Shown piece after piece: positions 27,875 to 38,036 of a stretch of 64,000 bases of DNA. A program made the position numbers and the translations under genes. Numbering within the stretch: the first letter of the stretch is position 1; every line of letters begins with the position of its first letter. The stretch lies in sequence record NC_071007.1. One strand, 5' to 3'. The notes under the pieces were generated by a model. The model worked only from the letters and a program-made list of their open reading frames with translations, was not told the origin of the DNA and ran no database searches.

Positions 27875-27890
27875 AGTAGTATCCTTTTGG

Positions 27891-28292
27891 TTAATCGTAA
27901 ATAATATCGCTAAGTTCTTTATATCTGTCCGGTAAACCAGATTGTAAAATACTGGCAATTAATTTTTCTTCTGCCTGTTCTCTATTTTCCTCATCTTCAA
28001 CATCATAACCTATTAAGTTATGTTGTTTAATAAATTCCTTGGTTTGATTTGGAAATTTATAATTAACTAAACGGTGTTGATTTATTTCAGTAATCAAACT
28101 TTCTGGGGAGCGATCATTACATTTATCGCAGGGAACAAAACCCGTTCCTTGCAATGTAAATGGGCCATTTTTATAATGAGCCATTTCGAAAACACTGCCT
28201 GTACTAAACGCTCTGACACAACAACTAGGATAACCAAGTAAAATCCCAGTTACGGTCCAAGAATCTAATTGGTGCATAATAGAACCTTTCAC
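27891..28292 (-). CDS. Putative metal-binding protein (GYPxCC...CxxC)
   Basis: GILLGYPSCCVRAF and GTGFVPCDKC give four Cys. Confidence 0.6.
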   Translation of the reverse strand: MKGSIMHQLDSWTVTGILLGYPSCCVRAFSTGSVFEMAHYKNGPFTLQGTGFVPCDKCNDRSPESLITEINQHRLVNYKFPNQTKEFIKQHNLIGYDVEDEENREQAEEKLIASILQSGLPDRYKELSDIIYD

Positions 28293-28900
28293 AATGGAAT
28301 GTATTGGGAATGAACGTGTTTACAGATCCGACATTTGCGTTTAATGATTGGACTAAACCAACTAACTAACTGGACTTGTTCTGCATGACACGCAGGGCAA
28401 ACATGATGAATTTTGCAGATCTCCTCTCTTCTTTTTGTGACGGTTAAAAAGAAATTTGCATTTTCTTCGGTTTGACTCCCAACAACCCCCAATTTTTCCG
28501 CGTACTTAATTGCTCCATTATTGAAACCAGAACCAATCGTGTTAATGACTCTTTTTCCAAGGTTAGGAACTTCTGTATGGACATATCGATCAGGTTCATT
28601 AAAAAAATGTCTAGTAATTGTCCTACTAGAATTTTCAATTTCCTTTTCAATTCTTTTCTTCATTTGTTTCTGGATAATATCCATTATTGAAACAGTTTGG
28701 ATAATATCTGAAATTGCACTTGCTAATTTAATAGGTTCTGGGTTTGATAAAGGTTTAGATTTCTTTTTATTGAGAAGATTAAAAAAGTCATTGAATGTAT
28801 CTTTTTCAAATTTTTCTGTTAGTTGTTTATACCATTTTTCATGCCCGGTTGGGCAAATAGAAATAACTCTTTTATCGGTCATGACCAGCTCCTTCATCAA
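28289..28900 (-). CDS. Protein with C-terminal zinc ribbon
   Basis: CPACHAEQVQL...KCRICKH. Confidence 0.6.
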   Translation of the reverse strand: MMKELVMTDKRVISICPTGHEKWYKQLTEKFEKDTFNDFFNLLNKKKSKPLSNPEPIKLASAISDIIQTVSIMDIIQKQMKKRIEKEIENSSRTITRHFFNEPDRYVHTEVPNLGKRVINTIGSGFNNGAIKYAEKLGVVGSQTEENANFFLTVTKRREEICKIHHVCPACHAEQVQLVSWFSPIIKRKCRICKHVHSQYIPL

Positions 28901-28905
28901 GAGTG

Positions 28906-29421
28906 TTATTTTACGATAGAATTCAAAACTTTAAATTGTTCCTCCGACAAAGAACAATTATTTTGGTTGAATAGTTTTACAATCTCAACCAATTGTACTT
29001 GGGATATACCAACACCGGTTTCTTCAGGCACTTCACCAGTGAAAACAAAATCAACTCCGCTGACTTTAGTACTGTTAAAAAATTGTGTTTCTGCCTGATA
29101 GAACAGTTCAGCAATTTCGGTCATCGCAGCATACTTTTGTATGAGAGGTTTTGTTTTAGAGAATCCAGGGAAGTTCCCTGCTGGAACAGCAGAAAGTCCA
29201 AAACAGAGCATTGAAAATCCTAACTCCAAACTGTAGTGACATTGAAAACGTTCTGATGGGAGTTTCCAATCTTTTTCTATTGGTTCAGGGTTCCCACTGA
29301 AATAGAAATCTGGATAATTACTTTTAACTACTTCCTTAAGAGCTTCAACAGTGTTTTCTTTGATAATGATCATGCGGACACGACGATCAGAACAGTTCAA
29401 AGCCAATTTAATATAAGACAT
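28906..29421 (-). CDS. Hypothetical protein
   Basis: 171-aa ORF preceded by conserved leader. Confidence 0.65.
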   Translation of the reverse strand: MSYIKLALNCSDRRVRMIIIKENTVEALKEVVKSNYPDFYFSGNPEPIEKDWKLPSERFQCHYSLELGFSMLCFGLSAVPAGNFPGFSKTKPLIQKYAAMTEIAELFYQAETQFFNSTKVSGVDFVFTGEVPEETGVGISQVQLVEIVKLFNQNNCSLSEEQFKVLNSIVK

Positions 29422-29447
29422 GGTATTTTCCTTTTCTAAATAGAGGA
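29416..29447 (-). repeat. Conserved intercistronic leader, 32-bp identical to 45708-45739
   Basis: AGACATGGTATTTTCCTTTTCTAAATAGAGGA. Confidence 0.8.
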
Positions 29448-29482
29448 TTATTACAAATACAGGTGGAAACGTTTACTATTTG

Positions 29483-29775
29483 TTAGATAACTTTAAACTT
29501 TTCCTTGTCTAGCAACTCGTCTCTACTAAACCATTTTTGAGTTCCTTGAAATCCAGGATTATCCCATGTATGCCATGTAACTTGGCAATGAACGCACAGT
29601 TCATTGCCATTTGAAAAGATTCGTTTAAGATAATAAACCAGCACCATTAAATCTTTATGCTGATAATGGACATTGATTTTTTTTCAATGATCTATACATC
29701 GCTACCAAAGGTCTTGTAACAAATTTTAATCAATTCCTTTAACAGAGCGTAGGTAGGACTGTAATTTGAACTCAT
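29483..29775 (-). pseudogene. Probable disrupted ~97-codon gene (in-frame TAG plus A8 frameshift)
   Basis: TAATG-coupled start gives MSSNYSPTYALLKELIKICYKTFGSDV*; after an A8 run a second frame continues INVHYQHKDLMVLVYY...KFKVI*. Confidence 0.45.
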
Positions 29776-30203
29776 TACAGTTTTTCCATTTCTGACTTAA
29801 ACCAGAGAACTGCAACTGGAATATCCTGATGGTCTTTTCTTTCCAACCATTTCAAGTCTTTCAACTTAATATTGATCCGGTTGTATTTGCGCCAGTTTCC
29901 TTGAAGAAACTCTTTGTGAATATGACGTTTAACATAGTTGATCATATTAGCAGTAGTCGGATACTCTTCGGCAAACAGGTCAAGCCAAGCATTTACTTCT
30001 TGACGAGGTCCAGTTAAACAAAAAGTATGTTCACCACCATTATGAGGTGATCCTATATGATTTGGTGCCATTTTAAACAATTGATCATTGTTATAAAGCA
30101 AATGAAAAAGTGCTTTACCGGTAACTGAAACTTGTGGTGCTGATAGATCAACACGAACGTCTACCGGACCCAGTGTTGTTTCCAAGTTATCTGCTTGATT
30201 CAT
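29775..30203 (-). CDS. Hypothetical protein
   Basis: 142-aa ORF with AGGAG SD. Confidence 0.65.
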   Translation of the reverse strand: MNQADNLETTLGPVDVRVDLSAPQVSVTGKALFHLLYNNDQLFKMAPNHIGSPHNGGEHTFCLTGPRQEVNAWLDLFAEEYPTTANMINYVKRHIHKEFLQGNWRKYNRINIKLKDLKWLERKDHQDIPVAVLWFKSEMEKL

Positions 30204-30239
30204 ATCTTCTCTCCTAAATTTGAGAATATAATTAAAAAT

Positions 30240-30638
30240 TTAAAGTCCTCGAATAAATGCAAAAGAGGGGAAATTTTTAACTATCCCATCTGAGCATACT
30301 GTAGGTTGAACAAAACCAGCATAGTCATCATTGGCTACTGAAGCAATAATCCAAGCAGGTCTTCCTTTATGAAAATATTGGGGATTTTTCAATAAGAAAG
30401 ATTTTACTTTAGCTTGGTGTTTAAACTTCTTTGGTATGGATAGATGAGAAAATATTTTAATCATCTCTTCTTTTGAACTATAATTTCTAAATCCAAACCC
30501 GGCCACTTGGATTTGATAGTCGGTTGGAAGAATAACTTCATCATCTTTTAAAAACCTTGCTTTTCCTTTAATTCCAAGCGGGAATGTATAAGGAAAAGGT
30601 TTGGATTTAATTTCTTCAATCAACTGGTCAATAGTCAT
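30240..30638 (-). CDS. Hypothetical protein, paralog of 24347-24742
   Basis: RFLKDDEVI..DYQIQVAGFG; FPSFAFIRGL. Confidence 0.65.
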   Translation of the reverse strand: MTIDQLIEEIKSKPFPYTFPLGIKGKARFLKDDEVILPTDYQIQVAGFGFRNYSSKEEMIKIFSHLSIPKKFKHQAKVKSFLLKNPQYFHKGRPAWIIASVANDDYAGFVQPTVCSDGIVKNFPSFAFIRGL

Positions 30639-30650
30639 AAAGCCATCTTC

Positions 30651-31043
30651 CTATTCTATTCCGGAAATAAACTCGTCTTTAAACAAAATAACAGCATCTT
30701 TAAACGTTTCTACTGAAATTTCATTCAAAGAAACCGGGATAGATTTACCTGGTGTTTTAGTACTAATAATTTTTGAGTTTGGACCAATAACCAAACTAAT
30801 GACATTTTTAGCAATAAAACTATCTACATCTACTTGAACACACTGTTTCCCCAATTGAAAAATAACATGAGTGTCTTCATCGTATTTCATTACCCTACTG
30901 TACACATTAAAATCACCAATTGGAGTAACTTCTATTCCCTCTGGTAGTGGCTGATTATGTTTCAATATATACTGGATCCCGGTGGAATAACCGAACATAA
31001 AACCAGAGAGCTTTTCTATTACATCATTGATTTGATTAGACAT
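30651..31043 (-). CDS. Hypothetical early protein
   Basis: First gene after promoter motif at 31073. Confidence 0.65.
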   Translation of the reverse strand: MSNQINDVIEKLSGFMFGYSTGIQYILKHNQPLPEGIEVTPIGDFNVYSRVMKYDEDTHVIFQLGKQCVQVDVDSFIAKNVISLVIGPNSKIISTKTPGKSIPVSLNEISVETFKDAVILFKDEFISGIE

Positions 31044-31072
31044 GTTTATTTCCTTTTGTCAATTGCATATAA

Positions 31073-31089
31073 ATAATATCTAGTTAAAG
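31073..31089 (-). promoter_or_regulatory. Early-type promoter motif
   Basis: Minus strand CTTTAACTAGATATTAT. Confidence 0.6.
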
Positions 31090-31289
31090 ATTTATGGAAA
31101 TAAATAAATAAGGATGGTTATTACGCTTCGCTACATAACCGCTAATTAAGCAAAAACCCCTTCCCCTATCCTAACGGATACATCTAGTTCCATTATATTG
31201 ACTAACTACTTAAAAAATAAATATTTAACATTTTAATATTGTTGTAATATTTCGTGTAAGTCAACCAATAACCAATAGGGATAAAAGTA

Positions 31290-32423
31290 ATGTCTTATAG
31301 TGTTTTTAATCAAACTAAAAATGATCAGCTTAAAGAAAATATGTTCTTTGGGCAAAATGTTAACGTCTCTCGATATGACCAACAACGTTATCCAATTTTT
31401 GAAAAATTAAGTGAAAAACAACTTTCTTTCTTTTGGCGTCCCGAAGAAGTTGATGTATCTAAAGACCGTATTGATTTTCAATCTCTCCCTGATAATGAAA
31501 AACATATATTCCTTTCTAATTTGAAATATCAAACTCTGCTGGATTCTATTCAAGGTCGTTCTCCAAACGTTGCATTTCTTCCACTTGTTTCTATCCCTGA
31601 ATTGGAAACGTGGATCGAAACTTGGTCTGCTTTTGAAACTATTCATTCCCGTTCTTATACGCACATCATCAGGAACATTGTTAATGACCCGTCAACCATA
31701 TTTGATGACATTGTTTCCAATGAAGAAATTCAAAAACGTGCCAAAGATGTTTCTCGGTATTATGATCGTCTAATTTATCTTTCTAATCTTTATAATTCCA
31801 TTGGACTTGGCACACATGTTATCAATGGTGAAACTATTGTTATTAGTTTAAAAGAACTTAAGAAAGCACTTTATCTTGCCATTGTTGCGGTTAATGCGCT
31901 TGAGGCAATTCGGTTCTATGTTTCTTTTGCTTGCAGTTTTGCTTTTGCAGAAAGAGAGTTAATGGAGGGTAATGCAAAGATCATAGGGCTCATTGCCAGA
32001 GATGAGGCTACACACCTTACTGGAACGCAATGGATGATCAACCTAATGGCTGACGGACATGACGATCCAGAGATGCAATTGATTGCAATGAACTGTGCTC
32101 AAGAAGCTCAAGCAATTATGAAAAACGCCGCTATTCAAGAAAAAGAATGGGCAGAATACCTTTTTAAAGATGGTTCTATGATTGGTTTGAATAAGACCAT
32201 TTTGTCTCAATACGTGGAATATATCACCAACATTCGTTGTGACGCTATTAAATTTCCACGTCCATTTCCAGAAGTTAAAGCAAATCCGATCCCGTGGATT
32301 AATACTTATTTAAGTTCTGATAATGTTCAAGCTGCCCCGCAAGAAGTACAAAGTTCTCAATATCTTACTGGGCAAATTGAATCCACTATAGAAGATGGTG
32401 CATTTGCTGACATTGAAATTTAA
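31290..32423 (+). CDS. nrdB: Class Ia ribonucleotide reductase beta subunit
   Basis: [43 protein letters not shown] diiron motifs; 377 aa. Confidence 0.97.
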   Translation: MSYSVFNQTKNDQLKENMFFGQNVNVSRYDQQRYPIFEKLSEKQLSFFWRPEEVDVSKDRIDFQSLPDNEKHIFLSNLKYQTLLDSIQGRSPNVAFLPLVSIPELETWIETWSAFETIHSRSYTHIIRNIVNDPSTIFDDIVSNEEIQKRAKDVSRYYDRLIYLSNLYNSIGLGTHVINGETIVISLKELKKALYLAIVAVNALEAIRFYVSFACSFAFAERELMEGNAKIIGLIARDEATHLTGTQWMINLMADGHDDPEMQLIAMNCAQEAQAIMKNAAIQEKEWAEYLFKDGSMIGLNKTILSQYVEYITNIRCDAIKFPRPFPEVKANPIPWINTYLSSDNVQAAPQEVQSSQYLTGQIESTIEDGAFADIEI

Positions 32424-32437
32424 ACTGTAATTATTAT

Positions 32438-32467
32438 GAGAACTACTGACTAATGTCAGTAGTTCTC
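32438..32467 (+). terminator. Hairpin after nrdB
   Basis: 13-bp stem GAGAACTACTGAC/GTCAGTAGTTCTC. Confidence 0.75.
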
Positions 32468-32521
32468 TATAAAGCTTTTGTATGGATTTTATGGCTCTTT
32501 CAATAGACAAGGTTACTGATT

Positions 32522-35500
32522 ATGACAACTGAAAAGAAAACGTTTCCTAGGTGGGTTAGAGATCCTTTATTTTCACCTATTAAACAATTCTTAAATAAAC
32601 GTTTAAAGATTATTACAGAACAAGGCGATTTGGTTGAACAGTTATTGGCAAATGACCGTTACAAGCAAATGAAACCAGAGGACTTTGTTGCGGAAGATAT
32701 TTTTAATTCACTGGATGGAAAGAAACGTTTCTGTTTAGTGAGAAGAAATAAACAATTTGCCAGAGTTGATTTAGAATTAGAACATGTTAGATTAAAAGAT
32801 ATTTTTACTGATCAAGATATCTCTTTTATTAGTTTAACAAATCAAGCTGAATTTATTCGTCGCTTTAAACTAGGTGAAGTACAAGGTAAATTGTTGTACT
32901 TGGTTTGGAGAGATAGTTTTGCTGTTTGTTTTGAAAACAACAAAATAATGAACCTTACCGAAGTAGATAAACTATTTAATCATATCTACTTTGATGAACT
33001 TCATTTAGAGCGTGTAGATGAAACTACAATTGATCCTAATACATTAACCAGTGGGGTTGTTAGGATTAAAGACAGAAGTTGCTCAGATGAGCTTGTACAC
33101 GTTTTTGTTACAGAAAATATCGTTGAACAGCTTGCTTTAGACAGGATTGTAGATAACTATCCTCCAACTATGATTTTGAGGCGCGGGGATAGTTTTAGAC
33201 ACCTTACCAAAATTATGATTGGTGATGAGGATGTTACTGGTTTAGCTGAAATTTCTTATATAAGTAATAATGGTCGTATTAATGTTTCTCAGACTACAAA
33301 TAAACTTGAAACTATTTTCAAAGCAGTTAGAGGATCAAGTACCGAAGAGTTGCAGGAAACAGTAACCATTAATATTTCTGTCAACTTTATGGGGGAAGTG
33401 TTTAATAAACAATCTGTTATTGCCACCAGGATTGTCCCTGATGTTGTCAGTGAGCTGAAATTAGAAGGTTATCCCGTAGAAGTTACTGTTCCGACGGGTA
33501 GACAAATAGGTATTGTTGTAAAAGGTAAGTTTAACAATAATTTTGTTTCTTTTACACAAGCACCTAATTTACTGACTAGTTTAGTAACAGGAATGACATT
33601 AACCAACCAAGGTAATTATCGGGATGGGATTCTTTATTTGGGGACCTGTAATGTCGATATTACTTCTGGAGTAATAAACGATTTATTAAAGGGTAATTTT
33701 ATTTATACAATAGCTGGGGCGACACATACGGCCAGTTCCTTTGTAGAATTAAACATTACGCCTGTAAATCCTAATTTACCAGAATTAGTTAATACTAGTT
33801 TAACCCCAACTCTGTTACAAGGTAATAATAACAGTAATGGAAGTTTTACTTATGTTAACAAATTAAACAATGTCATCATCCCCAATACCAAATTAGATAT
33901 CCCAACCACTGACTTGGGAAGTAAACGGTTAATTCGTTTTACTGGATTTACAACTAACAAAGTAAACTATACATTGTTAAACCTTGCCGGTAATCCAGGA
34001 ACTGTGGAGAGCGAACAAGTTACCTTTACAACAAGATACATTGATCCAACTACTGGTTTAGTTTATACTAGACAGGATAAAGTTACTCCTAAAGTAATTA
34101 CTTTATCAGATTTAGCGTTGATCTCTTTATTTGACCAACCCATTTCGGTTAAAAAATATGAATCTGGATTAGTTCCTTTTAAAATGTTAATCAATGGTAA
34201 TGAAGATAAAACAAAAATTACTACTATTGAAATCATTGATAATAAAAATTATTTAGCCGGAACTATTTTTGGTAATAAACCAAAAGGTTCTTGGCAGGTA
34301 TTTGGAACTGGTCAAACTGAAGAAACTATTCCCGTTAGTTTTAAAGTTGGTTTTAACGTTGATGAAACAATTAGGTATGTAACAGGAATTCAAAATTTTA
34401 TTGTTTCACCATGGATCGGAAATTCAATTGGCGTTATTCCAAGTGAATTAAATATTTCTGGAAGAGCAGGGGAAAGTGGAGAGTTTACATTATCTTTCTT
34501 TGAGGATGTAACTTTTGCTAATACTCGTTTAAATTACATTCCTGATTTGAGTATTGTCCCAAGTCAATTAAATATTGTTGGTAAACTACAAAGTAATACT
34601 GAATGGATAAAAGGGAGCTATCAGCTATTTGGAGTAGGGAACCATTTAGGACATTTGACATATAGTTTAACCGATGGAACAAATCCTGATGATACTATCA
34701 AAGTGCCTTTAAAAGTTACAATATTACCTGGAGAAGAATTATTCTTTAATGTCACAGGGCTCACTGAAGCAAAACCGCTCCTTCCAGGAATAATCAATTG
34801 TGATATCCAATATAAAGGAATAAACATTCCATTAAACGACCCTAGAGTACGTTTAGAAGTAGAGTTAGGGGAAAGAGCTAAGACTGTATTCACAATTGGA
34901 CAAACAACGTCTGAAGGGATTACATTCAACAGCATTGTAGATGATATCCCAATGGGAGGAAATGTTATTTATGACATGACCTCTGAACTTAATTTTATTG
35001 ATGATTTAGGAGTTACACAAACTCGCAGTAAAGAAATTGCTGTTAAACTTTATCGAAATAATTTTACTTCTGTTATTGCTACATTAATAACGAATCCAGT
35101 AAAACCAATTATTTCTGATCAACCAATCGTCATTAATATTAAAGATCTCGATAATGATCCTCTTCCGGGAGCAATATTGGAAAGTGTTGTTATTGCAAAT
35201 GACAGCAATCACTTAGGTCCTATTCAGAGTTATCGAAATTCACTCGTTGAACGCAGAACTCAAAGTCTAGGTAATTATGAATTAAAGGCAACAACAAACC
35301 ATTTTGGTGGGAATCTAAATACCACATTAAAAATTATCATAGGCGGGTCTATAGTTGATGTTGTTATTCCCGATACAATAGTCGGAATTTCTCCAATTAA
35401 ATCTTTGGCTGGAAACACAGGCATCGCGGTTAACAATATTGGTAGTACAATTAACTTCACATTAAAACAAGATCGTTTAAATAATTTAAATGTCCCTGTC

Positions 35501-35719
35501 ATTGCAAAACGAATTGAAAATATTCGATATAGCAATGAGATGTTTAAAGAGCTAACTAATTTGGTTATGCTTGATAATAATGGAAATTACAAATTAGATC
35601 TTGTTTCTGCTGGAACAGTAGGTATTGGTGTTGTTGATTTTACACTAATCACTAATGAAACTAATAATGTTGAAGTTGCTTGGGAAATTCGTTTAGAAAT
35701 TAATATGGTTAGAGAATAA
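32522..35719 (+). CDS. Large virion fibre/structural protein: ~200-aa anchor plus tandem beta-rich (Ig-like) modules
   Basis: 1065 aa; T/V/I/N/G-rich repeats of about 100 aa; N-terminal domain paralogous to 21100-21690. Confidence 0.6.
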   Translation: MTTEKKTFPRWVRDPLFSPIKQFLNKRLKIITEQGDLVEQLLANDRYKQMKPEDFVAEDIFNSLDGKKRFCLVRRNKQFARVDLELEHVRLKDIFTDQDISFISLTNQAEFIRRFKLGEVQGKLLYLVWRDSFAVCFENNKIMNLTEVDKLFNHIYFDELHLERVDETTIDPNTLTSGVVRIKDRSCSDELVHVFVTENIVEQLALDRIVDNYPPTMILRRGDSFRHLTKIMIGDEDVTGLAEISYISNNGRINVSQTTNKLETIFKAVRGSSTEELQETVTINISVNFMGEVFNKQSVIATRIVPDVVSELKLEGYPVEVTVPTGRQIGIVVKGKFNNNFVSFTQAPNLLTSLVTGMTLTNQGNYRDGILYLGTCNVDITSGVINDLLKGNFIYTIAGATHTASSFVELNITPVNPNLPELVNTSLTPTLLQGNNNSNGSFTYVNKLNNVIIPNTKLDIPTTDLGSKRLIRFTGFTTNKVNYTLLNLAGNPGTVESEQVTFTTRYIDPTTGLVYTRQDKVTPKVITLSDLALISLFDQPISVKKYESGLVPFKMLINGNEDKTKITTIEIIDNKNYLAGTIFGNKPKGSWQVFGTGQTEETIPVSFKVGFNVDETIRYVTGIQNFIVSPWIGNSIGVIPSELNISGRAGESGEFTLSFFEDVTFANTRLNYIPDLSIVPSQLNIVGKLQSNTEWIKGSYQLFGVGNHLGHLTYSLTDGTNPDDTIKVPLKVTILPGEELFFNVTGLTEAKPLLPGIINCDIQYKGINIPLNDPRVRLEVELGERAKTVFTIGQTTSEGITFNSIVDDIPMGGNVIYDMTSELNFIDDLGVTQTRSKEIAVKLYRNNFTSVIATLITNPVKPIISDQPIVINIKDLDNDPLPGAILESVVIANDSNHLGPIQSYRNSLVERRTQSLGNYELKATTNHFGGNLNTTLKIIIGGSIVDVVIPDTIVGISPIKSLAGNTGIAVNNIGSTINFTLKQDRLNNLNVPVIAKRIENIRYSNEMFKELTNLVMLDNNGNYKLDLVSAGTVGIGVVDFTLITNETNNVEVAWEIRLEINMVRE

Positions 35720-35726
35720 ACTAGCT

Positions 35727-35760
35727 TTACCTACCTAGCTCAAATGAGCTAGGTAGGTAA
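35727..35760. terminator. Bidirectional hairpin
   Basis: 16-bp arms TTACCTACCTAGCTCA/TGAGCTAGGTAGGTAA. Confidence 0.85.
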
Positions 35761-35774
35761 TTATTTATGTTTTT

Positions 35775-36029
35775 TTATTCTTCAAGACCTAAACGACTTG
35801 ATACTTCAGCCACTACAGTAACTTGGAGTGCTTTAGTGCCACCATTGGTTAAATTAATATTAATTGAAACTTTGTCTGATACTCCATTTGTAGGAGTGAT
35901 CGCATTGGGATCAATACCGTACGTTCCATATTTGGCACTAAAATCTAATGCGACAGTATTTCCAACGACACGATACATACCCGTTACTTTAAAACAAGAT
36001 GTATTGTTACTAGCAGGATCTCTTGTCAT
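35775..36029 (-). CDS. Small beta-rich protein downstream of tailspike 1
   Basis: 84-aa ORF between two hairpins; weak SD. Confidence 0.4.
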   Translation of the reverse strand: MTRDPASNNTSCFKVTGMYRVVGNTVALDFSAKYGTYGIDPNAITPTNGVSDKVSININLTNGGTKALQVTVVAEVSSRLGLEE

Positions 36030-36062
36030 TACCCAAAGTGAAACCCCTCTAATGATCTTTGA

Positions 36063-36093
36063 AACTTTAGGAACTCATTGAGTTCCTAAAGTT
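36063..36093 (-). terminator. Hairpin after tailspike 1
   Basis: 15-bp arms AACTTTAGGAACTCA/TGAGTTCCTAAAGTT. Confidence 0.8.
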
Positions 36094-36094
36094 T

Positions 36095-37951
36095 TTATTT
36101 AAATATAATTCCATCTGTTGTTACTGTGTTTATCGCGACGTTTAACTTGTCGCCGATCCCAGAATGGAATGATACAATTCCACCTGCCTTTACTTCTACA
36201 GAAAGGTACCCTGCACGATCACAGTTAGCGCCACGAGCAGATACTCGCCCGCCATCCCGACATGTTATTGCTCGATCTAAGGAGTCTGTTATAATTCCGT
36301 CGATAACATTAACAGTTCCGCCATCAATACAAGAAACTCCACGTTGTTTAGAACTTGAAAGATTCGCACCTCTGGCGTCTATAGAACCGGTATCTCTAGC
36401 TTCAACAGCTCTGTCACATCGCAGGGCCTGAATCCCGGTAGCGTCTATTCTTCCGCCACCAGCGACAAGTGCACCAAACCCGCAATCATTGATCTTAGCT
36501 TGTTTGCTTGCGCTCTGGGCGGCTATCGTAGCCACACCAATTGCGTACATACCTATCGGGTTAGTCGAGGCGTCAGCGCCATCTGCCTGAATATGCGCCG
36601 CACCCGATGCAAATATTCCTTTATCGGCGCAACCGTTAGCTATTCCAAGTTGGAAAGAAACACTAGAGCTATCACTCGCGATAACACCAGCTTGACCAGT
36701 GCACCCAGATACGTCAACTTCTGCACCTTCTATTTGGGAACAACCAGAAGCTATAATACCGTATTCGGAACACCCCCTTGCACTATCTTTAACCCACATT
36801 GCTGCTTCAGGTGTTTGTTTACTACGGGCATTAATTCTCCCACCATGGAGGGCGTGATAACCTCGCTTACTTCTGGCGGCGCAAGACTCTCGACAGTTTA
36901 CTATGGACCCGTCCCTAGAACAAAATGCCGTACCGGCGGCCCCTGAAGCATCAGACTGATAAAGATCAGCCATTGAATTCCAAATACAATAAACACCATA
37001 ATCGCCTAATGAATTTGCAAAATTACTTCTTGGAAATCCAACGACAGATCCATGGGCTACATGAAGCCCTCTATTTCTGGCATTAGAGAAATCAACCCCA
37101 GTTGTGTTTCCTGCCCCACCTCCACCGCCGCTTAAAACAAGCCCCCGCATATAGCAAAAACCCCAACCACCATAGAGAGCTTTAAATCCGTTCCTGGATT
37201 TTTGAACTCCAGAACCTGGATAAAGATAAACACCTGCGGCTTCAATAACAGCGACACCGTCTTTAGAGGTAGTATTGCTATCATAATAAAATAAGGCTTT
37301 TATGCTTGGTAAAACGGACTGATTACTTGCCCCAAAAATAGGGATTAAATCATCTTCATCGGATAATTTAGTGGTTATTTTTGTGTGATCAATCCTGACG
37401 GGAACATCACTTTCTATAATGATCCAGTTTAAATCGGAACCATTGATAACCAAGATTTGTTCCGCCATGACAAAACCAGATAAAAGTTTTATTTTACATT
37501 TGGCTTGGCCATTTTTAAATAACGGTCTCATTTTTACTAATTGATGGATGGCGGCTGTTATTGTTTTAAATTGAACAGCTGGACCAACTTCAATAGTAAA
37601 ACTTTCTTCTAAATCTAATACGGCTGCCGAAGAACTTAGTGCAGCCAATATTGTATTTTGAGGAGTGTCAAAATCAGTAGTGGATAAAAATGCCATTAAT
37701 CTTTGAGCAATGTTTTTTGTAATTCCACCAGGCGCTGGATTCTTATACCCAACTTTTGTTGCTCCAGTGGGGCCAGAAATATTATTAATTAATTCTGTAA
37801 CGTTCCTTTCCATATAGGAATAAGTAACGCGCTCTATTCCAAACCGATCTCGCCACATATCAGATGACGAGTTTAGTGCTTTGTCTAAATTACCAGCATT
37901 AAAAAATAAATCTGTCATGGCTGTGGAGCCAATAGGATTATTGCTTCCCAT
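36095..37951 (-). CDS. Tailspike 1, parallel beta-helix receptor-binding protein
   Basis: Shared NPIGS..DL..NAGNLD..DRFG anchor; Gly/Ala/Ser/Cys-rich beta-helix repeats; start MGSNN with GAGG SD. Confidence 0.8.
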   Translation of the reverse strand: MGSNNPIGSTAMTDLFFNAGNLDKALNSSSDMWRDRFGIERVTYSYMERNVTELINNISGPTGATKVGYKNPAPGGITKNIAQRLMAFLSTTDFDTPQNTILAALSSSAAVLDLEESFTIEVGPAVQFKTITAAIHQLVKMRPLFKNGQAKCKIKLLSGFVMAEQILVINGSDLNWIIIESDVPVRIDHTKITTKLSDEDDLIPIFGASNQSVLPSIKALFYYDSNTTSKDGVAVIEAAGVYLYPGSGVQKSRNGFKALYGGWGFCYMRGLVLSGGGGGAGNTTGVDFSNARNRGLHVAHGSVVGFPRSNFANSLGDYGVYCIWNSMADLYQSDASGAAGTAFCSRDGSIVNCRESCAARSKRGYHALHGGRINARSKQTPEAAMWVKDSARGCSEYGIIASGCSQIEGAEVDVSGCTGQAGVIASDSSSVSFQLGIANGCADKGIFASGAAHIQADGADASTNPIGMYAIGVATIAAQSASKQAKINDCGFGALVAGGGRIDATGIQALRCDRAVEARDTGSIDARGANLSSSKQRGVSCIDGGTVNVIDGIITDSLDRAITCRDGGRVSARGANCDRAGYLSVEVKAGGIVSFHSGIGDKLNVAINTVTTDGIIFK

Positions 37952-37998
37952 AACCAACCTCAAGTATTTTGTTTGTTAACAAATGATCTTAAAAAAAT

Positions 37999-38029
37999 AA
38001 CTTCTCCTAGGCATTATCTAGGAGAAGTT
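37999..38029 (-). terminator. Hairpin after tailspike 2
   Basis: 12-bp stem AACTTCTCCTAG/CTAGGAGAAGTT. Confidence 0.75.
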
Positions 38030-38036
38030 CTATACT

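Noticed and set aside
31190-31230. Host sigma70 promoter or NrdR box upstream of nrdB
   Set aside because: TTGACT has no properly spaced -10 and there is no convincing NrdR palindrome
31290-32423. Intein or intron in nrdB, ligA or helicase
   Set aside because: Lengths match uninterrupted family members, and no LAGLIDADG, HNH or intein splice motifs were seen
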